The notes under the pieces are model-generated. The model saw only the letters and a program-made list of their open reading frames with translations, was not told where the DNA came from and made no database searches. Source: an uncultured Gammaproteobacteria bacterium (lineage in GTDB: Bacteria > Patescibacteriota > Microgenomatia > Curtissbacterales > GWA2-41-24). From it: 58,566 nucleotides of DNA. Made by a program: the position numbers and the translations under genes. Shown here piece after piece: positions 18,080 through 25,161 of this stretch. The stretch is from NCBI GenBank assembly GCA_964492425.1, contig CAZBKB010000004.1, positions 24,260 to 82,825 of the forward strand. The letters run 5' to 3'. The stretch's first letter is position 1. Each line of letters starts with the position of its first letter.

Positions 18080-18703
18080 TTATGGGGTTTGCGTGCCAGT
18101 GAATACGCCGTCAAACTTGACGCTTGAGTTTGCGTACGTATTATCCAAAGAACTCGGTAACGCAACATGCGCGGTGCATTCTGCTTCGTCAGGACCCGAA
18201 CCATCTTCATCACCATCATCTGGCGCTAATGAGCCAAGAACACCTGATCCGGCATCCCAAGCATTTATAGAAGATGGACCACTTGTTGGAAAGGTCGTAT
18301 CTAAAGTACCGTCATCATCAGAGTCGGTTCTGCATGTAAAAGCTACCGTCATTTGATTAGCTATGTCCGCATTTTCAATTGTCACAACATTATCAAATTC
18401 CGCAGTAAGATCTAAACCGATTAATGCTGAGCTGTTGTTTTTCAGCCAGAAAACATAATCTTTTTCAAATCCTGGGAATAAACCTGTTTCGTTTATTGCT
18501 GGTGCTGAAATATCATTTGCATAAGTCCCTGGAGATTCTTCATCAGGTGCTATTTGCAGATCAGCGCTTCCAGTCGAGAAAGTATTTTCTTCACTTGTTG
18601 ACGTATCGCTGAAAAAAGCAAAAGTTGCACCAACTATCAGAGCGGCTGCCGCAGCAATTGACGCAATTGAAAGTGCGATGCGAGAATTTAATGGAAAACC
18701 CAT
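18080..18703 (-). CDS. TasA/camelysin-like secreted protein with a SipW-class signal peptide
   Basis: N-terminus ...IASIAAAAALIVGATFAFFSDTSTSEENTFSTGSADLQI matches the signal peptide plus FxD...NTFxxG signature of SipW-dependent proteins. Strong SD AAGGAGG sits 7 nt upstream of the ATG (plus-strand cctcctt at 18711-18717). Confidence 0.75.
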   Translation of the reverse strand: MGFPLNSRIALSIASIAAAAALIVGATFAFFSDTSTSEENTFSTGSADLQIAPDEESPGTYANDISAPAINETGLFPGFEKDYVFWLKNNSSALIGLDLTAEFDNVVTIENADIANQMTVAFTCRTDSDDDGTLDTTFPTSGPSSINAWDAGSGVLGSLAPDDGDEDGSGPDEAECTAHVALPSSLDNTYANSSVKFDGVFTGTQTP

Positions 18704-18778
18704 ATAACTGCCTCCTTTCTATATAAATTTTGCGCACTGTCAGATTTCTTTGGGAAAAGATGTAGACAAGATTGTATT

Positions 18779-18790
18779 TGTCCTAATTCG
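18779..18790. repeat. copy 2 of the CGAATTAGGACA motif (inverted orientation)
   Basis: Plus strand tgtcctaattcg is the reverse complement of cgaattaggaca. Located in the 271-bp region upstream of the TasA-like gene. Confidence 0.6.
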
Positions 18791-18921
18791 TTTAAGGTCT
18801 CCTTCGCAAAAGCTTCGGACGACCAGGCAGTTTTTTTCGGCATTGATTATCTGGCGAAGTGTTTTTTAAGCAGGCCAAAAATCTATGCAAGCTTATTAAA
18901 AATATTTATGAACATTAAGTC

Positions 18922-18931
18922 AATTAGGACA
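18922..18931. repeat. copy 3 of the AATTAGGACA motif
   Basis: aagtcAATTAGGACAaa on the plus strand. Confidence 0.6.
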
Positions 18932-18974
18932 AAGTGGGTAGAAAAGAGATCAGAAAGGTTTAATGAAATCAGCG

Positions 18975-19394
18975 CTAACGTTGGATAATCTTTCTCATTC
19001 TAGGGGTAGTGACAACTTTTTTACAAGAGTGTAAATTTGAGTCAGGTTTTTTGTGAATAAAGCGGGCTTCTTCTATTTTCTCCTCGAACTTGTATCTAAT
19101 ACGAAGAACGTCATCGTCCATAAATGGGATTGGTTTCGTAGGGTCTATAAGGGCAGGCCTTGCGACTAAATCACCAGTACTTGGATCTTCACCGCAAATA
19201 CCAATATCAAGAACATGTGAAACATCACCTTCGATTTCGACCCGACCAGCGGAGTCTGCAGCATTACATAAGACAATGACAGCAAGGTCTTCGTTTAGGA
19301 AAAACCTCCCTGAGCCGGCCTCGGGTATTTCAAGCGTTTCTATGTGAATTGCTTTTTGTGATTCTCCGAAACAAAATATTCTTTGTTCAACCAT
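18975..19394 (-). CDS. hypothetical cytoplasmic protein with a basic C-terminus
   Basis: ORF with no signal peptide and no family I recognise: MVEQRIFCFGESQKAIHIETLEIPEAGSGRFFL...KKVVTTPRMRKIIQR. Preferred start is ATG 19392-19394, preceded by AAAGG. Confidence 0.4.
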   Translation of the reverse strand: MVEQRIFCFGESQKAIHIETLEIPEAGSGRFFLNEDLAVIVLCNAADSAGRVEIEGDVSHVLDIGICGEDPSTGDLVARPALIDPTKPIPFMDDDVLRIRYKFEEKIEEARFIHKKPDSNLHSCKKVVTTPRMRKIIQR

Positions 19395-19444
19395 TAAAAC
19401 CTTTAAAAAAGTATGCACTAGTTCGCCACATATGCATACCAATT

Positions 19445-19467
19445 AAAAACTGCCCCACTTGGCGCAG
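19445..19467 (-). terminator. intrinsic terminator candidate downstream of the galE-like gene
   Basis: Minus-strand RNA CUGCGCC-AAGU-GGGGCAG followed by UUUUU. The 7-bp stem has one G-G mismatch. Confidence 0.45.
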
Positions 19468-19505
19468 TTATTTTCTGTAATTATAAATAGATACTAGTTT
19501 ATTTA

Positions 19506-20420
19506 TCAATTATGGGACTTGTAGTAATCTATAGTTTTTTTGAGGCCTTCAGTTAGATTTACCTTTGCGTTCCAACCAACTATTCTATGTAACTTCTGGC
19601 TAGATGCGCAGTTTGCTTTTACGTCCCCTTGTCTTTTGCCAAGATCGTTTATAGGTACCTTATAACCGACAATTTTGAATATTTCATCTATCAAATCTTT
19701 TACCTTAATACCTTTTTCTGTACCGATATTAAAAATTTGATATCCTGTGAGGTTTAACACATCTATATGTGCCTGAACAAGGTCGTCTATGTAAATAAAA
19801 TCGCGGATTTGCTCACCTTTCCAATAAAGCGGGAGAGCAGTCTTTTTAAGTGTCGATTTTATAAAGTTTGGGATCGCATGTGTTTCCGGATCATGCTGCT
19901 CCCCTGGGCCATAAGGGTTAAAATAGCGAAGAATTATTGAATCAAAACCGTAAACCGCGTTATAAGTTTGCATATAAGATTCTATGGCGGCTTTGGATGC
20001 ACCATAAGGGTTGTCCGGATGAACAGGCGCATCTTCTTTTATTGGCAAATTTTTTGGTGTGCCGTAAACAGTAGCGGACGATGAGAAAATCATTTTTTTT
20101 ACGCCAACTTTTCTCATTGACTCCATGAATTTTATTGTTCCCAGGAAATTATTTCTACTATATAGGATAGGATCTTTTACAGAATCGGGCACAACTATGA
20201 GGCCTGCCATATGAATTACCGCATCTACATCTCTTAGCGCTTCCTCTGCTTTCTCACTGTTTGCAATATCACCAACTATTAATTTGGCTCTTGGGTCAAC
20301 TGATTCTTTGTGGCCTTTGACTAAATTATCAAGGACTACCACTCTGTGGTTCAATTTAAGAAGCAGCTGAACAACGTGCGAACCAATAAAGCCGGCTCCA
20401 CCTGTTACAAGTACCTTCAT
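19506..20420 (-). CDS. NAD-dependent epimerase (UDP-glucose 4-epimerase-like)
   Basis: MKVLVTGGAGFIGSHVV, SSSATVYG, YGASKAA, RYFNPYGPGE; 304 aa. Confidence 0.75.
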   Translation of the reverse strand: MKVLVTGGAGFIGSHVVQLLLKLNHRVVVLDNLVKGHKESVDPRAKLIVGDIANSEKAEEALRDVDAVIHMAGLIVVPDSVKDPILYSRNNFLGTIKFMESMRKVGVKKMIFSSSATVYGTPKNLPIKEDAPVHPDNPYGASKAAIESYMQTYNAVYGFDSIILRYFNPYGPGEQHDPETHAIPNFIKSTLKKTALPLYWKGEQIRDFIYIDDLVQAHIDVLNLTGYQIFNIGTEKGIKVKDLIDEIFKIVGYKVPINDLGKRQGDVKANCASSQKLHRIVGWNAKVNLTEGLKKTIDYYKSHN

Positions 20421-20501
20421 AGATTTTGCATGTAATATGATTTAAAAACCATCCTCTGGTCACTCTGTTTTGCGTTTATTTCGCTCTTGTAGGCATTTTA
20501 C

Positions 20502-20519
20502 AAAAAACCCATAAGGGCT
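20502..20519 (-). terminator. weak intrinsic terminator candidate after the tsa operon
   Basis: Minus strand AGCCC-UUAU-GGGUU followed by UUUU. The stem is short. Confidence 0.25.
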
Positions 20520-20527
20520 GCAAAAGA

Positions 20528-20563
20528 CTAGAAACCGACGCCGCCAGTTACAAGTATTTTCAT
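20528..20563 (-). pseudogene. 11-codon relic of an SDR epimerase gene start (MKILVTGGVGF-stop)
   Basis: ATGAAAATACTTGTAACTGGCGGCGTCGGTTTCTAG. Its ATG forms an ATGA overlap with the tsaB-like stop. It mirrors the start of the intact epimerase 140 bp downstream (MKVLVTGGAGFIGS) but differs at many third-codon positions. Confidence 0.3.
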
Positions 20564-20895
20564 CAGTAATCAAACTTACTTTTATCGTAAACTGGTAAGA
20601 CTATTTTACCTTTTTTACCGTTGACTGGAATGTTTAGGGCAAAACATAATGCGTTTGCAACAGTTACCCCAACACGTGTGCCTGTAAATGACCCTGGACC
20701 GGGATTAACATCGATCGATTTTATGTCGGTAATTTCAAGTTTATTTTTTTTAAGAATTTTATCTATCATTGGCAGTAGGACCTGTGATCCAACTTTTTGG
20801 GTTTCCACAAGAGTGGAAATTAAATTTTTATCAGCAACCAGTTCAACTTTTACGTTCTTTGTATCAGTGGTGTCAATTTTAAGAGTGACTTTCAT
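20563..20895 (-). CDS. tsaB: TsaB-like protein, half-length (N-terminal subdomain only)
   Basis: 110 aa with ...INPGPGSFTGTRVGVTVANALCFALNIP. Canonical TsaB is roughly twice this size. Confidence 0.65.
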   Translation of the reverse strand: MKVTLKIDTTDTKNVKVELVADKNLISTLVETQKVGSQVLLPMIDKILKKNKLEITDIKSIDVNPGPGSFTGTRVGVTVANALCFALNIPVNGKKGKIVLPVYDKSKFDY

Positions 20896-21452
20896 TTAAC
20901 GTTTAGGGCACCATATCTTACTATTTTGAATGGGATTGTTGTAGCATCGATAACCGTAGACTCTTCTTTAAGTTCGCAATCTCCTTTGACGGTAAAATCT
21001 GCTAACCTTTTAAAGTTTTCATCTAGATCTTCATAGGTTCTTGGGGCTTCTTTCGTGTGAAAGTTTGCAGATGTTCCGATTAAGGGGGCACCTGCACCTA
21101 CAATTAGAGCTTTTGCAATAGCAGATTTCGGCATTCGAATTCCTATTTTTTTCAGGTCATGTTTGCTTTTAAGCAATACTGTTAGTGCACCTGGCCAGTG
21201 TTTATTTATCAGCTGCTGTGCCGGGCCTGTAACTTTTGCGATTTGATGAAGTGGGCTTAGGTCACTGATTAGAATCGGAAAATTTTGACGACTAGCTTTT
21301 ATTTTTTTTATTCTCGTTTTTGCCAACAAATTGTTCCAAATACAACCTATCCCATAAACAGTATCTGTCGGGAATATTACAACCCCACCTCTTTTTAGGA
21401 TAGTTATAGCTTTATCTATGTCTTTCGATTTTGATCCTTCTTTTTTTCTCAT
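20892..21452 (-). CDS. tsaC: L-threonylcarbamoyladenylate synthase (YrdC/Sua5 family)
   Basis: GGVVIFPTDTVYGIGC, ...GTSANFH..., 186 aa. Confidence 0.85.
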   Translation of the reverse strand: MRKKEGSKSKDIDKAITILKRGGVVIFPTDTVYGIGCIWNNLLAKTRIKKIKASRQNFPILISDLSPLHQIAKVTGPAQQLINKHWPGALTVLLKSKHDLKKIGIRMPKSAIAKALIVGAGAPLIGTSANFHTKEAPRTYEDLDENFKRLADFTVKGDCELKEESTVIDATTIPFKIVRYGALNVK

Positions 21453-21843
21453 CTATTTTTTCTATAGAAATATCGACTCTCTTTTTGGGGAGAGAATTCT
21501 TGATTTTTTCTGCCCATTCCAAAACGATAATTGCATCCTGTGAAAACACCTCTTGCAAACCAAGTGATTCGAAGTCTGATTTTTCTTCACCACGGTAAAG
21601 ATCTAGATGGTAGAAAGTTAATAGTTTCTTTTTGAAAGTGAAAGGATAACTTCTCATAAACACAAAGGTGGGGGAAGTAATGTTCCTTTTTATTTTTAAT
21701 CCTTTTGCCAAACCTTGTACGAAAACAGTCTTTCCAGCGCCTAAATCACCATACAAGGCTATTACGTCACCAGGTACAAGATCTTGTGTAAGTCTTTGCG
21801 CTACTTTTTGAGTTTCCTTTGGTGAATTTGTTTTAATTTCCAT
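21412..21843 (-). CDS. tsaE: tRNA t6A biosynthesis ATPase TsaE
   Basis: GDVIALYGDLGAGKTVFVQGLAKGL, ...SPTFVF..., HLDLYR. Confidence 0.85.
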   Translation of the reverse strand: MEIKTNSPKETQKVAQRLTQDLVPGDVIALYGDLGAGKTVFVQGLAKGLKIKRNITSPTFVFMRSYPFTFKKKLLTFYHLDLYRGEEKSDFESLGLQEVFSQDAIIVLEWAEKIKNSLPKKRVDISIEKIDEKKRRIKIERHR

Positions 21844-22190
21844 ATTAAATATGCAGATATATTAGCACCAGAGGCGTCAAATCCCAAGTCTAGAAAGCTT
21901 GCACTTCTTCCTAGCACAAAATGTTGATGGTACTCGTCTGTGACAGCATAAATCAACGTGAGAATGTAAGCACTTGAAAAATTCCTGTTTGTTGACCGAA
22001 AGATTAGTGCATAAAGAACTGCATATTCACTTACATGGGCGATTTTCTTTATGACAAAATCCCAAAAGAAAAATTCGCTGACCTTTACTTGTTTTATAGA
22101 CGAGAATAAAAATATAACTACTGCCCATAAAAAAACAGGCAGCCAAAGGTTTAAAAAATCCGATTTGTTCTTATTGCTCTTTTTGTTCAA
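21801..22190 (-). CDS. VanZ-like membrane protein
   Basis: 4 TM helices, ...IAHVSEYAVL...TDEYHQHFVLGRSASFLDLGFDASG. The start appears to be TTG, so the start is uncertain. Confidence 0.65.
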   Translation of the reverse strand: MNKKSNKNKSDFLNLWLPVFLWAVVIFLFSSIKQVKVSEFFFWDFVIKKIAHVSEYAVLYALIFRSTNRNFSSAYILTLIYAVTDEYHQHFVLGRSASFLDLGFDASGANISAYLIWKLKQIHQRKLKK

Positions 22191-23070
22191 ATTGTTCCCT
22201 TCCCTTTTGAATTTGTAAATGTTGTTGATGTCTTCTTTGCCACAAAAAGCCAGCAGCCGAAAGGCCTATTAAGACTGCACCAGATCCGACAAGAATACCT
22301 GCAACTTGCCTAGAAGCATGTAGGGCTGCAGATGATGGACTTGGAGCAGCAAGTTGATTAGGGTCTAGTTGGGCTATCGAGTTTTCTATTTTGGGAGAAT
22401 TAAGAGCTTCTGGCTGCGGTGAGACTTTTGCTGCTGTTCCTAAAATTTTTGGTGACGGAGTTGGTGTTTTTTTTGAAGAATTTTTGGGAGAACTCTTTGA
22501 TGTTGGTGTTTGTGTTAAAATTTCTGTAGAAGTTTTAGGTATATCTGAGCTATTCGATTCACTAGAGTCGGGTTCTGGCTTAGATGACGTTTGGGTTGTG
22601 AGTTCAATGGCTACTGTATTATCTGAGGAACCAGAACTACTGTTACTATTGCCTGAATATCTCCATGCCTTTATATCGTATATTCCTGGACCTTTATAAT
22701 CCGAATCACTTGTATCAACTTTAATTGTTAGAGTGCCAGACCAATTCCCGCTTTGGGGTTTAAATGAGAATAAGTTTGATTTAATATTTTCCTTGCCAGG
22801 AGAACCATCGTACTGATACCAATTACCATTGTCATTTTTGGTAAAACCGAAGTATCTCTGTTGGTCTTGGCTGGTAAAAGCTGCTTGAAGATAGCATGTA
22901 CCATCTAAACAGCTGTTTGCAGTCAAGCCGGAAATCGAAACATCTATTGTTACTGTATCATTATCTGATTGGGGGTTTGCAAGAGAAAATTCAATTGCAG
23001 CAAAAATTGGTTTCGGCACCAATACGCTGATTGCTGCAAACACCAGAAAAATGGTGGTGATTTTTAACAT
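22171..23070 (-). CDS. surface protein: signal peptide, beta-rich domain, S/T/P-rich linker, C-terminal TM anchor
   Basis: MLKITTIFLVFAAISVLV signal peptide, a low-complexity SSKPEPDSSESNSSDIPKTSTE...SPKNSSKKTPTPSPK linker, and a C-terminal VAGILVGSGAVLIGLSAAGFLWQRRHQQ. No LPXTG motif. Confidence 0.55.
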   Translation of the reverse strand: MLKITTIFLVFAAISVLVPKPIFAAIEFSLANPQSDNDTVTIDVSISGLTANSCLDGTCYLQAAFTSQDQQRYFGFTKNDNGNWYQYDGSPGKENIKSNLFSFKPQSGNWSGTLTIKVDTSDSDYKGPGIYDIKAWRYSGNSNSSSGSSDNTVAIELTTQTSSKPEPDSSESNSSDIPKTSTEILTQTPTSKSSPKNSSKKTPTPSPKILGTAAKVSPQPEALNSPKIENSIAQLDPNQLAAPSPSSAALHASRQVAGILVGSGAVLIGLSAAGFLWQRRHQQHLQIQKGREQFEQKEQ

Positions 23071-23107
23071 GTGATTAGAAATTAAGTTTTTAGCTAACTT
23101 TTGTCAA

Positions 23108-24292
23108 CTAGTTAGGAATCATGTGAAGGTAGAGGGTGTCCAAACCGTCGTTATGTTTAATTCTTGCGTATATGAGCGGTCCATAGCTGCATCCCCCATA
23201 TGAACCACCGTAGAGCTTTCCGTCTTTTACCGCTGTAACGGTGGCAGCTGTGGAAGGTCCTTTAGACATGTCTATCCCATAATGAGGTTTGCCACTATAT
23301 GCTCCTGAATTCGCATATGACGTATAACCAAACCCCTGGTTGATTTGGACCGGTGCACTAAGTGGCCATGGTAAATCACCATGTGGATTAATCGACCCCA
23401 CTGCCGTCTCGTCGTTATTCCAATAAGTAAAACTGGTAGAGGAATTTAAGTAGTTATTTGGGTCCTCAATTGAACCATTTTTATGAGTTTCAAAATGTAG
23501 ATGTGTACCAGTAGAGCAACCTGATTGACCCATGATTATTGACCCGATTGTATCCCCCTGCTTAACATCTCGCATAAAGGTTTCTTTTCCCCCGCCAAAG
23601 GCGATCGCTATTTCAGCTTGGGCTTGCGCGAGTAGTCTCTGATATCTTGCTTCGTCATTTTTAGTAATTAGCAGAAATGATTGTTTGTCTACCTTTTGCC
23701 TGTCCAAATCTACTTTTAGTGCTTCAAGTTTGGTTTTTTGCTCTTCAATCGCGGCCTGTTTTAACTCTCTTTCATCCTTTTGGTTTGCATAGTTGGAGCG
23801 TGTTTGCTGAAGGCTTGCCAGAATTTTCTTATCATTTTCCTGAACTTGTCTGAGATACTGAAGCTTTAGGAGGATATCTGAAAAACCGTTTGAGGATATT
23901 ACAAGTTCTAGATCTGATACAAAACTTTGCTGATAAGTTGCTACAACTCTCTTTTTTACTAATTCTTCAAGCTTATCAATAGACTCTGTTACATATCCTA
24001 TTCTGAATCCCAAGATTCCGATTTCTTTCTCAAGTTGCTGGATTGTACTTTCTGCATCGTTTATTTTTAGTTGGGTTACTTTTATTTGTGTATCAAACTG
24101 GGCAATTTGCGAAGAGAGTGTTTTTTTTTGGTTGCTCAGATCTGAAATTTTACCTGAGAAGATGTTTATACAGTCACTGACATTACTTGAAGGGTTTTTC
24201 TCACAATCCTCAAGTGTGACAGCAAGTGAAGATCTTAATCCAAAGAGGAGGGTGAGTGAGATGAAGAGCAAAAAAACGATTGTTTTTTTCAT
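23108..24292 (-). CDS. coiled-coil M23/LytM peptidoglycan endopeptidase (EnvC/PcsB-like partner of FtsEX) with an atypical motif order
   Basis: Signal peptide, a long coiled coil (residues ~45-230), then GDTIGSIIMGQSGCSTGTHLHFE, followed further downstream by GKPHYGIDM...DTLYLHM at the very C-terminus. ATGA overlap with ftsX. Confidence 0.85.
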   Translation of the reverse strand: MKKTIVFLLFISLTLLFGLRSSLAVTLEDCEKNPSSNVSDCINIFSGKISDLSNQKKTLSSQIAQFDTQIKVTQLKINDAESTIQQLEKEIGILGFRIGYVTESIDKLEELVKKRVVATYQQSFVSDLELVISSNGFSDILLKLQYLRQVQENDKKILASLQQTRSNYANQKDERELKQAAIEEQKTKLEALKVDLDRQKVDKQSFLLITKNDEARYQRLLAQAQAEIAIAFGGGKETFMRDVKQGDTIGSIIMGQSGCSTGTHLHFETHKNGSIEDPNNYLNSSTSFTYWNNDETAVGSINPHGDLPWPLSAPVQINQGFGYTSYANSGAYSGKPHYGIDMSKGPSTAATVTAVKDGKLYGGSYGGCSYGPLIYARIKHNDGLDTLYLHMIPN

Positions 24293-25161
24293 TTAATCTT
24301 CAAATATCTATAGAGGGCAATCGCTGCTCCGATTATACCAATGGAGGCAGCGGCTAGCATTTCCCCCAGCCAGAGATAAATGAAGAAAAGAGGGTCTATT
24401 GGAAAAACCCGAATTGGCCCCAAAAAATCCTGGATATTTGGTGAATAAAATAAGATGAGACCATAAACGAGAAAAACTGCAATGCTTGAACCAATGATTC
24501 CGTAAAGCGCGCCTTCCAGAAAAAATGGTTTTGCAATGTACCATTTTGTCGCACCCACCAAGTTCATAATGCCTATTTCTTCACGACGCAAAGCAATACG
24601 CATACCAATAACCATTATTATTATAAGGAAGGAGACACCAAGTAGTGTTGATACAAATATTATTCCGCCTGTTCTAATAGTTTTCGTCCATTTGACTAAT
24701 TGTTCAACCAGATTTTCGGGGGTAATGACCCGTTCAACTTGAGACTGGTCGCGAACTAAATTTGTAACCTGGTTGATATCCTGGGCACGGTTTACCGATA
24801 TATCTATACTTGCAGGTAAAAAGTCAGCGGTTACAGACTCTAAAAGTAATGGCTCGTCTTTTTTTCTCTCTCTATAAATCGCCAGTGCTTCTTCTTTGGA
24901 AACATATTTTATGTTCTTTGACAGACCCGTTGATTCAACTTTTCTTATTACATCATTTATTTGTGTTTCTGTTATCTCGTCTTTAAAAAAGGCAATTACT
25001 TGAGGCCTTTGCTCAATGTAATTAAGCACTATCTGACCTCCAACAATCAGTATTACAAATAAGGAGGAAATGAAGAAGGTTAATGACATTGCCATCGTGG
25101 CAGCGAGAGCTTGATAAGGACTTCTTCTTATTACTTTTAGAGATTGTTTAACTTGCCTCAT
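24289..25161 (-). CDS. ftsX: cell division permease FtsX
   Basis: 290 aa with the 4-TM FtsX topology and a large first extracytoplasmic loop. Adjacent to ftsE. Confidence 0.85.
   Translation of the reverse strand: MRQVKQSLKVIRRSPYQALAATMAMSLTFFISSLFVILIVGGQIVLNYIEQRPQVIAFFKDEITETQINDVIRKVESTGLSKNIKYVSKEEALAIYRERKKDEPLLLESVTADFLPASIDISVNRAQDINQVTNLVRDQSQVERVITPENLVEQLVKWTKTIRTGGIIFVSTLLGVSFLIIIMVIGMRIALRREEIGIMNLVGATKWYIAKPFFLEGALYGIIGSSIAVFLVYGLILFYSPNIQDFLGPIRVFPIDPLFFIYLWLGEMLAAASIGIIGAAIALYRYLKIK

Noticed and set aside
18704-18974. Small ncRNA or riboswitch in the 271-bp region upstream of the TasA-like gene
   Set aside because: Apart from the repeated AATTAGGACA motif and some imperfect local pairing, I could not identify a convincing conserved structure or a terminator. 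I treat it as a promoter/operator region.
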